Positions 1 to 12,196 of a DNA stretch of 64,000 bases are shown here, piece by piece (position 1 is the first letter of the stretch; each line of letters starts with the position of its first letter). Below the pieces are notes generated by a model. The model searched no databases. It saw only the letters and a list, made by a program, of their open reading frames with translations, and was not told where the DNA came from. The DNA comes from Anthoceros angustus (lineage: Eukaryota > Plantae > Anthocerotophyta), in assembly GCA_010909165.1 (NCBI GenBank), contig VJWM01000197.1, forward strand, positions 124,001 to 188,000, written 5' to 3'. A program made the position numbers and the translations under genes.

Positions 1-1276
1 TGCTCTCAATTTGCTCATGCAACTTTAAGCATCTCAGCTGATATACTAGGAGGCAATAGCTCATCTAGGATTTTCCTAGAATGGAGTGCGCCTATGCTAG
101 AAATGCTCCTTTTCAATGCATTTCATTTGTGTTAACATTCCCTTTCTAACGCAGCATTGTTGTAATAATCCCCTCTCTAATTCCCATGGATTTCTTCATC
201 CTTAGAAGAAATAAGCAGAGGATTAAGAAAAGAGATAAATATCCAAAACAAGAAGCGCAAATTATGAGCCATGAGGTTAAATGCAATGGAAAATTTGATG
301 TAATTGATAGATTGTAACCAATTAACCATAAATAACTAATGAAACGACTTCTAACCCTAAGAATTAATTAATTATTAATTCTAGGGATTTAATAGAGCCC
401 TAATGAATAGTGCCATAATATATCATGTATTTTATTAGGTATAACCTCAGGTCACATCCTGCTATTTCTGGCCCTGGTGGTTGGAAGGAACCTCCTTTAG
501 ATTGAACAATCATTAGAGAGACAGAAAATTGCATTACCACCACCTCAGAATTGCGCATACCTCGTGGGAGTCCAAGGACCTACCATCCAAAAGGCCGAAG
601 ATATTGCCATCCGGAGATCGTAGTTGCCTCATGAGCAGAAGTTTCGCAAAATCTGGATACACGTGTCGAGCAAGCCAGTGCTACAAGGAAGCACCATATA
701 GAGGAGCTTGAGCAGAGGCTGCGGTAGGACCCCAATCCATTCCCAATTGTCGATCCGCTTGCTTGAAGATGGAGACAAGAATGCTTCCAATTCGTGCAGC
801 AAGGCTCCACGTGCATGCTCACGCCACAAGCACGGCAGCGAATTTAGCCAAAGAAGGATCACAGGATCGCCAGCCCCCTCGCGCCAACCGCCAACTATGG
901 AAAGGCGGCTCCTAGCTGACCCTACCGGATCGGGACCGACATATCCAAAGAAGAAAGGGAAATGCATACGTGGGGACAACCAGCTAAGCCGAAGCGGAAA
1001 CCTTTCCAAGTCCTTCGGGCTCCCGCACTAGCCTAGATGTCGGTAACCAATTTCTCTGTTCCGCTGTGTGAACACTCTCACACATATATCATGTATGTCG
1101 TGGCACGTACAATAATGCCACCTATCTAATATTATATATTATGTAACTCGATTATGAATTAATCTAGAGTCACCGTTGTGAACTCTAGCATGCATGCTAA
1201 GTTTTAACGGTGCAACAACGTTTATGAGCAACCAAATTGGACACACATTCATAAGAATGCTGCTGCTGAGCATCCT

Positions 1277-1386
1277 GTGCTTAGATCGATACTTAGATGG
1301 GGTGTTTAGATCGATACTTAGATCGGGTGCTTAGATCAATACTTAGATGGGGTGCTTAGATGGATACTTACATGGGGTGCTTAGAG
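1277..1386. repeat. 25-bp minisatellite (GTGCTTAGATCGATACTTAGATGGG), about 4.4 copies
   Basis: Direct tandem units visible; a related single unit with similar downstream sequence recurs at about 32410-32465. Confidence 0.85.
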
Positions 1387-2097
1387 GGAATGGATGCCAT
1401 CGGTGCAAGTAGCTTATGAACATCATGTTGGAAATTTCATCCAAGTGCAACTTGCTAGTGAGACTAGATAATTAGATCACACCAACTTGCAGGCGGGCAA
1501 GGGCGGACATCTCTTATCTTCATATTTGTCTTTCGACTGAAATTTTTGGGATGTGGATAAAACTTATCTTATCATGAGTTCATCAAACAAAAGAGTGAAC
1601 TCGATAACTTCATCAAATAAAGTTGTTGAAATGGATCTCAATTTTATTCCTCTGAAGAAGAAAATAACAGCGGGCGTCTGATGTGCTCAAGGGCCAACTC
1701 TAAAACTTATTCACGAAGCTGAACCAAATAAAAGAAGCTTTGCACCATGCTCCTTGATATAATTGATGATGTCACCATAAGCCCGTCGACCATAAGAGTT
1801 CTCCAACTTCCAAAGCTTGTTCCTGAAACTTAAATCATTGGGGCCGCAGCCCACACGCAGATCCCGTTGTAATACCAAAGAGAGCCGAGACTGGAGCTTG
1901 CGCTTCTCAAAGTATAGATGTATGTAAACCACCTGCATCCATATGCCATGCACCATTGATGTGTTAGTTCAGCCGAATGAAAATTGAAGACTGCAAATTT
2001 AGAACTTGCATGGGCAGAACCCTAAATACTTTTGTGGGCGCAGAGTCTAAACCTTGGCTCTTGATCAAGCACCCAACTCGGGCCGAGGACCGAGAAG

Positions 2098-3431
2098 TCA
2101 GAGTGGACGAGTCCTGGAGTTCCAAGGATTGCGAGGCAGATCCTTAATTACAAGGCTCCAAGCGCGGGCGGGGAGGTTGAAACAAAGAAGGTGCTGGTTT
2201 GCGGTTCCATGGACGGAGACGTAGAACCGCCCACTCATTACCATGACCACCCTGTGACGGTATTCCGCGGCCGCAGTGCAGGAACCATCGGCAAACCAAA
2301 GCTCATACACGCCGTTGTGGATGCTGCCGATGGTGCCGCGTGCTTGTCGATCACCCACCCTACCCCCCGCAATAGGATCTGCAGGTACCTGAGTCTCCCA
2401 CAGGAGCGTCTCCTGGTTTAGCTTCCGAATGGAGATGCCATAAACCAGGTCTGACTTGTTCCGATGCTTACGCGTTGTCCACCTTGTTCGAGAGCAGCAC
2501 ATGTAGAACTCCCCACCGTGGCCGAAAATCTTGTCGACCCGAGGTCCTTTGTGTTGCCAAGTCCTCACGTGTACATGTACGATCTCCGGGGGGACTTGTA
2601 CAGCAGCTTGAGCCTGATCCTGCTGCTCTAGGTCTGCATGATGGACAATGACGGTGCCCTGCGGGAACCCTCCCACTAGTGTGCCGTGCGACACCGCGAA
2701 CCCGGGGCTACCATCTGAATCCAAATGACGCCAACGTGCATCCAAGATAGGTTCCATCACCCATCGCTGAGTTGCTGGACCATCATTAGCGGATCCGGAG
2801 GAGAAGAAACCCAAGCTCCGACGGCTCAAAACCGGAGTTTCAAGACCAGCCCATCAAATCTCGGCCGACTCCACGACATCCAGCACATCCACCCACATCT
2901 TTTTGCTAGCCGGAACGTCAGGCCGCCGATCTCGCACGGTCACCTCCTCCCACTCCTTAGTAAACACGTTCACTACGCAGATGTTGATCAAAGTGCCATC
3001 ATGCCCTTCCTCCATCTCCTCAGGAACCATCTCCTGGATGAGGACGAGCCCATTCTTGACACTCCACCGAATGCGTGACGCATTTTGCGACCGGTACTTG
3101 GGAGGCAAGAAGTTGGCGCGTACCTTAGTGGGCGGGCCATATCCCATGCCGATGCATCGGCAGGAGAGTGCGAGCAACCTGCCTCCAGGCCGATCCATGC
3201 ACTCACACATATACTCCACAGCGAATACGGGCTCCTGCAGGTAGCCATCATCCTTAGATCGCTCTCTCGCTGCTCCTCGCACCCGCTTCTTGAAACCAGC
3301 ATCTGAGGTGAGCAGTCCATTCCACTTCTTGCTTGGCGGAGGCGGGGCCCCAGTGGCGGTGAGGTGCGTGTCAAAATCTCGCACTCTAGAAGGTCGGAGA
3401 CCTGCAATTTGCCCCACAACTCCGGGTCCAT
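2098..3431 (-). pseudogene. F-box protein pseudogene (F-box plus probable beta-rich C-terminal domain)
   Basis: MDPELWGKLQVSDLLECEILTR (from 3431) continues after a 1-bp frameshift near 3335 as SKKWNGLLTSDAGF, together forming an F-box. ORFs 2854-3621 and 2098-2829 are in the same frame, separated by one TGA at 2854-2856. Confidence 0.7.
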
Positions 3432-3611
3432 GGCGGGGCGGGGCTCTACCACCAGTGCAGAGGAAAAATACAACTCTTTGAGCAACCATCATGCATGGAT
3501 GGGGCTCGCTCCCCGCCGGGCCTAGTCGAGGTAGGGAATTGCAATGCCTCGGACCAGATCGCCGCCCCCATTGACCACATCTCATCGACCATGCTCGCAC
3601 ACCTAGGCCTG

Positions 3612-3990
3612 TTGCATGCAATGTAACATGAATTCTTTGCTTAAATCAAAAGAAGAAGATGATTGCGTCGATGCACATATAGCGGGGTGCATGCATGGTT
3701 GGGTGTCCCAATTCCACAAAAACAAAGCGCTCGCTCATATATAGTCGAATGTAAAGGGCCTCAAGCTCGGTAGAATATTAATCTCGAGAACATGCACTAC
3801 CACATCTCAAATACTCGGCTTGCATGCAATGTAACATGAATTCTTCTTAAATCAAAAGAAGAAGATGATTGCGTCGATGCACATAGCGGTGCATGCATGG
3901 TTGGTCCCAATTCCACAAAACAAAGCGCTCGCTCATATAGTTGAATGTAAATGGCCTCAAGCTCGGTAGAATATTAATCTAGAGAACATG
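3612..3990. repeat. ~205-bp near-tandem duplication
   Basis: TTGCATGCAATGTAACATGAATTC...GAGAACATG occurs from 3612 and from 3820; copy 2 differs mostly by 1-2 bp deletions in runs. Confidence 0.9.
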
Positions 3991-4471
3991 GGGCGATCAA
4001 AATACCCCGTACATATATTCTACAAATATATCTGGGCCTTGGGTCCTTGGTCCTCGACCGTACGTAGCATTGAAGCATTCCTTGGTTCTCGGGATTTTGC
4101 AATCACTGTATCAAGGCATGAGTTTTGGCTTATTTGCTCTAACTCAAGCATCTTGCTTTCTCTTTCTAACTCCTTTTTGCTCCTTGGGGATGTGAAGTGC
4201 AAGAGATGTTAGAACATGAAAGTCCATATATATGGGTGCCTGACACAACGTGTGCTTTGAGTTATTCTACCTTGAGTTTTGTGGTTTTCGTTGGTTACTC
4301 ACAGCAGACGTTACGTGCAAACAAATAGGGACGACATGCTTGTTTCTTGACATTTGCTTGCGCAATGCAAGGCTAGGAAACTCATAATGCAATGTTCCCA
4401 CAGAGGACGCAAGCAATGTGTTTTGGGTGCAGGAAAAGCTAGGACACAAAAACCGGGGGTCACATATTATA

Positions 4472-4828
4472 TGTAAAACCTAGTGAAGGCACCGGCCGGC
4501 TGGGTTTTGTGGTCGTCATGTAATCAAAACAGGCCTTCACGTTACCCACTTCCAGCCAAAGGATCGTGCTTACTCGCAAAACAGCTAAAATGCATATTTT
4601 GTGACTGTGTGGGACGTGATAAGTTAGAAGTAAAGACCGTGTTGGTTATGGTTAGCTTAGCTTAACCCAGCGTGGTCATACCCTCTGGTATCTTGTACCG
4701 AAGAGGTACAACTCTTCAAACACAGCTATAAAAGCCCACCACTTGTAATCAATTGTATCAATTAGTAAAGCACTAAACTTTGATCATAAATTCGCTTCCG
4801 CAAAGCACCTCAAACTTGGTATCAGAGC
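4472..4828 (+). mobile_element. LTR-like segment followed by tRNA-Met primer-binding site (truncated LTR retrotransposon)
   Basis: Exact TGGTATCAGAGC PBS at 4817-4828 just after ...CCTCA. TATA-like CTATAAAA near 4726. Candidate TG start at 4472 (uncertain). No gag follows. Confidence 0.55.
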
Positions 4829-6383
4829 AAAGTTTGATTACTAAGTCCACCATGCATTATGATGTGAATCTAGATGTTCTTCTTTTATGCAATGTCTTTC
4901 TAATGCCTTTGGTATTTGTTTTATGAAACTATTTAATAATTATTTATAATTTGGTTTATATTCAACCAAACATATTTTCCTAATAAAATAGTTTGGCTTT
5001 TTCTATGATTAACTTTTATATTCATTAAAGTTTCATGGACCATTGACACTCTCATTCTTCATCTTGTTCTTCCAATACTTCTAGCACTCGTATCATTCTT
5101 TCTTGCTCAAAACTTTGTTCCTTTATCATTTCATTCAAAGTTACAACATGGCAAGAGACACAACCACAAGAGTATTCATGCTAAGAGGAGCGGAAAACTA
5201 GAAAGGAGAAGTAGATGAAGCAGGAACACCAGTAGATTGTCACCAAGGTGATCTACCTTGGTGAGCATGTTCCAATGGACAATGATCCTGCCATCGCTCC
5301 TCACCCTCCGGCCCAAAGAATCGACATCGGCCCAGCTGGTTGTTCGTTCGTCCACAGCTTCGACGCCGCCTTTGCGCCTCTATCTTTCCTCTTGCCTTGA
5401 GGGGCTCCAACTCGCTAATCTCTTGGCGGTTGTAAACGCCTCAGACCTCCACGGTCCACCTCCTAGGGTCCTCCTGAGTTCTTGGACGGACCTCCTTGTT
5501 GGCCGCTACCAACATTTTCCGGTGTACTCTGGACTAAGCGTATTGAAGGTCCAGGCAGCATGGAAAATGTCCGTGCTCATTCCTTCACGCTCCCCGCCTC
5601 CTCCACCACGGATCAAGTCAGGTAGCGCTTAGTGACAATGTTGCGCTCCACCAAGCGCCATGGCTCCCACGCCTCCGCCGCTTTGGGTCCCATCTTCGTA
5701 CTTCCGCCCCGCCATCGAGGCGTGGCTCCACAATCTTCCGCCTCGCCGCGTGTGGGCTTGCTTCACCGCCAAGTCGAATCGCGCCTAGGGATGCCGGGAG
5801 CGATAAAAGACAACGCCAGAGAGCCGGGTGTCTCGCGAGAATGCAAAACTCGCCGGTTGTTTGGAAGAATGACCTCCGCCTCTCTCCGTCGGAAGTAACG
5901 GCGCGGGCGGCTCTTATTTCCGCGCGAGTCGCATGGCTTACTCGCCTTACGCTTCCGCCTACTCGGCCTTACGCCGCTGATGCAGCAGGCGTGAATACCG
6001 CCTATAACGGCCAGCAACTACGGTCACGGCTGCTGCATGCCGTCTACCACTCGACCATCCACGTGGCGCCGCCCTGTCTAATTCACGCCCCAACTTCTAA
6101 GTTACTTTACTTGGCGTACTTATCCCGGTTTGACTCGGAGTGGGGTCCGAACTTATCCGACACTCCGGTGCACAGTCCGGAGGTCCTCCGGAGTGGGCTC
6201 CCATGTCCGTTACCTACCCGAGTCAGTGCAGGAGCACTCAGTCGTCCGTGCTTCTTCCTCCCTTTCCGCCTTATTTTACACTCCATACCTACGAAAAAAA
6301 ACAAACCCAGCTTATTTCCTAACCCCAAGGAGAGTCCGTTGTCCACATACTCCCCTTCTCATCTGTTGGCGTCTCCGCCAACA

Positions 6384-7680
6384 CTAGGCATGGTACTTCT
6401 TCACCCGCCACCCGTTTACCCGGGTGGGCAACAGTTCACCATCTAACTGCCGGAGCTGAACGGACCCATTCGCGTAGACCTGCACTACCTGGTAAGGCCC
6501 CATCCATCGCAAGTGAAGCTTGCCCGGGAAGTGCATATGGCGACTGTCGTAAAGAAGGGCCAGATCTCCCTCCTTCACATACTCCTGCTTGCGGAGTCGC
6601 CGGTCGTGCCATAGCTTCCGCTGATTTTGTACCAGTTGCATTCTGTGCTGCGCCTCCTCCCGGCCTTCCGTATGCTGGAAAAACCCTAGCAATCGCTCCA
6701 GTTGGCTTTCTTCATCCGTTAAACGTCCTTCCATCATGACTCGGAGCGTTGGTACCTCAAACTCCACAGGCATAACCGGCGAATGCCCATAGGTTAAATG
6801 TCTGAGTTCGTTGCGTAGTTACTTTCTGCCGTCGACCACCGTTTCCGCTTTGTTGAAGGTACCTCGCTCCACGTCAGTCCCACCTTAAAGATACATCCAT
6901 TGTACATCCTGAAGGGCCGGGCGTAGTGTACAAAGGCCTGTTGTTGGGCACGGTTTAACTCACTTGGAATCTCCATCTCCCACAAGTACGTTCGACTCCA
7001 TGGGTGGGTCGTCCTCTCGCTCCCTTCTCCTTCCCTTTCACGTTATCCACAAGTTTGGGGTTCCTCAGACTGCGCTCCCCCTCCTGTGGCTCCACTGTGG
7101 CCACCAATTCCTCATCCGGAAAGTCATCCTCCTGATCCCGCAGGGTCGGCTCCGTTTTCAACCTGGACAAGAAGTCAGCATTTTGGTGTTGCCTCCCTTG
7201 CCGGGTCTCCACCTCAAAGGTGAACTCCTGGAGCAGCAGAATCCACCTCGCACCGCCTTGACACCGCCTTATTCACCAGATGCTTGAGCGCGAAGTGATC
7301 GACATAGAACACAAAGTCGTTGGGCAGAAGGTAGTGCCTGAATTTCTTGACCGCGTATACCATTCCCACCGCCTCTCGCTCCGTAGTAGTGTACCTCCGA
7401 TTACGCATCGTGAGTGTCTTGGCATAGTAGATTGGATGATCCCTCCGCTTGTCGCCCTTTTGGTGAGCACTACTCCGATGGCGGCCGACACGTCTACATA
7501 CACATGGAACCGCTTACTCCCTCGGACCCTTTGTCTTGGGCGCTTATCGTGGTGGTCAGATCTCGAATGCCGCGTTCCTTTCTGGTGTCCAGGCCCACTC
7601 CTCCTCCTTCCTGAGTAACTCCGTTAGCTTGGCGGCCCGCTTTGCGAAGTCCAGTGTGCACCATCGACGATATTACAATC
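6384..7680 (-). mobile_element. Ty3/Gypsy pol relic: RT connection/RNase H, integrase N-terminus, large internal deletion, integrase C-terminal GPY/F module
   Basis: Minus-strand fragments DFAKRAAKLTELLRKEEEWAWTPE, YVDVSAAIGVVL, RRYTTTEREAVGMVYAVKKFRHYLL..YVDHFALKHL, QHQNADFLSRL and GKLHLRWMGPYQVVQVYANGSVQL...VNGWRVKKY. Many frameshifts; integrase core missing. Confidence 0.9.
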
Positions 7681-7689
7681 ATTATCGGC

Positions 7690-8691
7690 TGAATTCTCCT
7701 CTTATCAAAAGTCTAGGAAGTAAGATAGCCTATGTGCTATCTTATTTCTTTCTAGAAAACGACTTGATATCATCATCAACAAGAGAAACTTCTAGCCAAC
7801 ACAGATCAGCAAGACCATGGTCCTCTAATGGTGACTCTGATGTACTTCGTTGTTCTGGAGATATATCAAGTGTTGTTGAGAGGAATAACCTAACCTCGCT
7901 TAAGCTTTGTTTAGTTATGTTAGGTTTGCTATTCCGAAGAGTCACCTAGTAAGTATATAAGAACACGGTTTTGACACTTTCTGTATTCGTTCATTTACTT
8001 TGTTATGTAGAATTCACGTTGTGCAATTGAGTTCTTTATCTCCCAAAATAGAAATATGGTATCAGTGCATCCTCAATGCTCTCTGATCTGGCTATGAGCC
8101 ATACCTTTCACGGATAGTTCATCTTCATATGGGCACGAGGAACGAGCCACCAGATCCCGTATTTGCAGTTGCAAAAAAGGACGTGAAGGCCGCACTCCGC
8201 GAAGTAATTGTTGGGCACAATGATAGGCTAGATTAATGCAAAACAAGAGTCGAGATTTGGTGAATCGTGCTGACATGAGGTCAGATAACATCAAATCGTC
8301 TCGGGATTTGCAATACGATGGGCGACTAGAGAGAGCTGCTAAGAAGGCTACAGATCCTGTTGTTGCATCTACTCCCTCTAACGGGGGTGCCCAACAATTT
8401 TCACAAGACAGGCACCTTTCCACACTACAGCCTATGCAGTTTCTTCTGAGGCAGCTTATCTCTAACGTATCGACCACTTTGGAGCAGATCCTACAAGATC
8501 ACAGAACTTATAGTCAGAGACTTGAAGACCAGTATTGCCGCTTTCAGACCGCAATTCATAACAGAGATCTTATAATTCAAAGGAGCTTCCTAAATATTGC
8601 GGATCTGCTACAAGCGCTTAATCTTCACTCTCAAGAAGGATCACCACCTAGCAATCGCGTGAGATTGCCAGTCGATACTCGTTTTTCCTGA
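7690..8691 (+). mobile_element. Second LTR-like segment with PBS-like site and a downstream 151-aa ORF (possible gag N-terminus)
   Basis: TGGTATCAGTGC (one mismatch to the Met PBS) at 8057-8068, TATA-like GTATATAAG near 7952, and ORF 8236-8691 with no diagnostic motif. Confidence 0.4.
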
Positions 8692-9133
8692 CTCCGCTGC
8701 GTTTGGGCGAATAGAGAATTGAAGCGCCGCATTGAGAGGGTCGCAACGGGCGTGATGGCACCTTGGCCTCAAGGTCACGCCCCCTCTCTTGTGCATGTGC
8801 GTCCCTCTCGATCCTGATGTCCTGGAGCGTACTATTGGAATCCTCGTTCAGCGGACACACATAACCGTCCGTAGAGGCAAACTTAGGGATACCAAGCGAC
8901 ACAATACCTTTTTTTTAATGGTCTTCTCGTGTCGCTTCGTATTTAGTTAACTAAATCTGCCTATTGGGGTCACTGCTAAGATGGGGCACATGTAGGCTTG
9001 TACACCTGTGTGTACACTCCCACATGAGCACCACCCAGCGACGACCCCAACATGCATAATAGCTGTTAGTATGTATGACCACTGAGTCCCTGGATCAGTT
9101 AGTGGCCCAGTTCAGTGTCTTAAACACTACAAC

Positions 9134-10080
9134 ATGTCGACTGGATCAGGACAATCGAGCACCACTTCAGGTGCAGTCTTCACTTCTGAGCTAAAGGAAA
9201 AGGATCGTTTTAATGGAACTAAGTACCAAGTGTGGCGAGTACGTATGTAGTCCACCTTGGTAGCACATGGAGTGTGGCCAATCATAGAAGGGACTCTGCC
9301 GAAGCCTGGTCTCGCTGCGTCTCCGACACCCACACTTGCAGAAATCCTCAAATGGGATCAGTTGAACAACATTGTAGTTGCACTTCTGGTTGGAGGTTTG
9401 GACATTGATTTGGTACCGAATGTTGAGTTCTTGACTGAAGCCTCGGCGATCTGGAACCAGCTTTCATCAACTTACAACATACGCAACGCGATGATACTTT
9501 GTGCTGTAAGAATGAAGTTTTATAGTCTCCAAATGAAATAGGGAGACAGAAAGGCCGCACATGCTGCTAAGTTTCGACGCCGTGGACAGCTGAAATCTCT
9601 TGGCACTGATATGAGGGAAGTTGATGCTGCTGCTTAGCTACTTACCAACTTGCGTGCATCATATCAGAATTTTGTCACTAGTCAGAATTTTCCTATCTTG
9701 ACTGCTCATCAAGCTTCTCAAGCGGGCATTACCTCTACTATCTCAATGGAAGATATAATTGGCGCGCTTTTCCAGGAAGAACAAAGTCACTTGCTTTCTG
9801 GAGGAGGTCCCAAGCCTAGGCATGACAAAGCTTTAGCGGTTAAGTTTAGGCAAAATCGCAACAAGGAAAAACCTACTTTCGTTTTCAAAGGTGAATCCAG
9901 TTTCGACCACACGTCGTGCAGGTGGCTGCAACTGGTGTGGGGTGGTTGGACATTGCGCACGAGAGTGTCGGAAGAGGAAGTCTGGAGAGCCACGTCAGAA
10001 GCAAGGCCTTCGCCAATCTGCTCATGTGGCTGTCAAGGACAAGGCCTCGAGTGAGAGCTCCAAACCTACAGTCAAAATCC
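9134..10080 (+). pseudogene. Ty1/Copia gag relic
   Basis: One main frame from ATG 9134 with several stops: RFNGTKYQVWRVRM*STLVAHGVWPIIEG (Copia gag N-terminal motif), ASAIWNQLSSTY (UBN2-like), and a frameshifted zinc knuckle CNWCGVVGHCARECRK near 9915-9965. Confidence 0.85.
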
Positions 10081-12196
10081 TTACATTTTGCTTAACATAG
10101 GAGGGATGGTGGCTTGTTTGCTCGATGACTATAGCGAGGCTGCGGTGAGTTTCTCCTCCCGTTATGTGTCTTTGAAGCAGCAGTTATTCGGTTTTGGTTG
10201 CAACAAACTTCTGCCTCAATATTACATACTCTAGTCTCCAATATAAATACCATGTTGTCTTCATATTTATCCTCAATACTGCGTAATCTAGTCTCCAATA
10301 TTGATACCATGTTGTCTACATTTTTAACTGTTTTACGCTCAGCAACAATAGAAGATATAACCTTAAAAAATCAATAAAAATAAAATACCTACAATCTCCT
10401 CCACACTACCAATTACAGCCGCCGCACCAAAAATCATAAATCATGTCCTCACCGTGACCTCCTCCACCCCATGCTTACCATGATATCAACCCCAACACCC
10501 TATGTTCAGCGCGACAGAGTCACAGAGACCCACTACAAAGCAAGCCCTCAACCCCTGGAATAGGAACCACCGCAGACCGCACCTTGCACCGCGCTCCGCA
10601 TGCCGTGTAGAGATGAGACTGCAATGTTTTTTGCAATTGTTATCTTTAACCTCTTGGTTAGAGATGTAAGTTGGGTTGGGAAGGACTTCAGTTATGATCA
10701 AGAAGTATGTTCCCGTAACTGCAGACCATTGGGACCACGGCTAACTATGTTGGTTGCTACTTCAGACAAATGAAATCAAACGAGAGCCAGAAATCAATTG
10801 AAGAGGGACGTGATAGAACATTGTCGAAAATGGAGCAAATTGGAGTTTCCATTCTTCAAGATTTTCATTCCTTAGGGGGGATGTGATAGAACATTGTTGG
10901 AAACGGAGCAACTCGGGAGTTTCCATTCTAACTTCAAGATTTTCTTTCCTTATCACAAACTCTTTTGGATGCTCTAGACATAATTATGTTCTCTCCCCAT
11001 TGAAATGAAGCTGCTTGATGTTGTCTCTTGCATTCACATCCAATCTCGGCAATCCCTATACCGTTAACCCAGTCTACTTGAAACGATATAAGCCTTGCGC
11101 CAGATTCGGAGGTTCAAGATGTAATTTTGAGGTCCCCTATCGTTCCTTTTGTGACATTTATGAGCATTCTATACCTCTCTAGAATGAGACTTTTCTTTCA
11201 GTATTTCATCCTATGGGTGACGAAAGTGGACTCACCCTAAGGAAATATATTCAGCTCAGCGCTGATAGTCTCTTTTGAAGACTATCAATGCTAGTTCTTC
11301 TCAAAAAGAGCTTTGCGAGTCTTGGAACAACGGTCCAATTGCATGCACACAAATTGGAAGGGATGGTGAGTCCACATGCTGATGCTGACTTGATAGTTTG
11401 ATATTATAGACAGGAAGACACACTGCAATGCCCACCGAAGAGAAGGACGCACTTCTTAGGACCGGTGTCTTTGTAGTCAGTAGTAAATATTTGTGTTTAC
11501 TATCGCACCTTGTACAAAGATGCTGCAAAAGACCATAAACCAATCATACTACAACCACTTCTCACGCTATTCTTGGGGTAGATGGGTTTCCCCGTCTCTT
11601 TTTTACAATAAAGTCTCCAAGGTACAGCTTCTCATGCTACTCTCGAATACATATCGGTTGGCCTGCACTTTGTCAGTGTCCTCCTCCATGTTACTGAACT
11701 AGAGTCAAGGTTCAAGATTCAAGATTCATTGAAAAAATATCTCGAGCTAAAGAATGTATGAAGCATGAAAGTAATACTATTGGAATATTTTAAGATGACA
11801 TAATATTACTTGCATAAACTCTTATAGCAAATGAAGATGAAAAATGTAACCAACATATAAACTTGTCGTATGGAAGTAGCAAATTGAGTGAATTAGATTA
11901 TAATGTTTCTCTGCTATGAGATAAAGTTGTGTGTGACTCCTCCCAAGGTTTATGGCTCGGTATTTTTGCACTTAGGTACCCATGTCTGCATAGTTACGAA
12001 GTCTCCACGTTCATGACTTGAGTACTTATCAGACATCAAACATCTTAACAATGTTTTCTGAAGATGTTTCTGCGGTTTTGCCATTGCATACAACATCACT
12101 GGTTTTATGACAGGTTGATGCACAGGAGGATTACTGCTATTGGGGCTCTTTGCTCTTCATGGTGTTGCAGTCCACTATGGCCATGACAACAGTTTG

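Noticed and set aside
490-1031. Overlapping short ORFs at the window start
   Set aside because: No recognisable motif in any frame; probably degraded TE sequence.
2854-2856. In-frame TGA repaired by U-to-C editing
   Set aside because: Plant U-to-C editing is organellar, and this nuclear gene also has a frameshift.
5241-5263. Hairpin CACCAAGGT-gatct-ACCTTGGTG
   Set aside because: Isolated 9-bp stem in TE debris with no supporting context.
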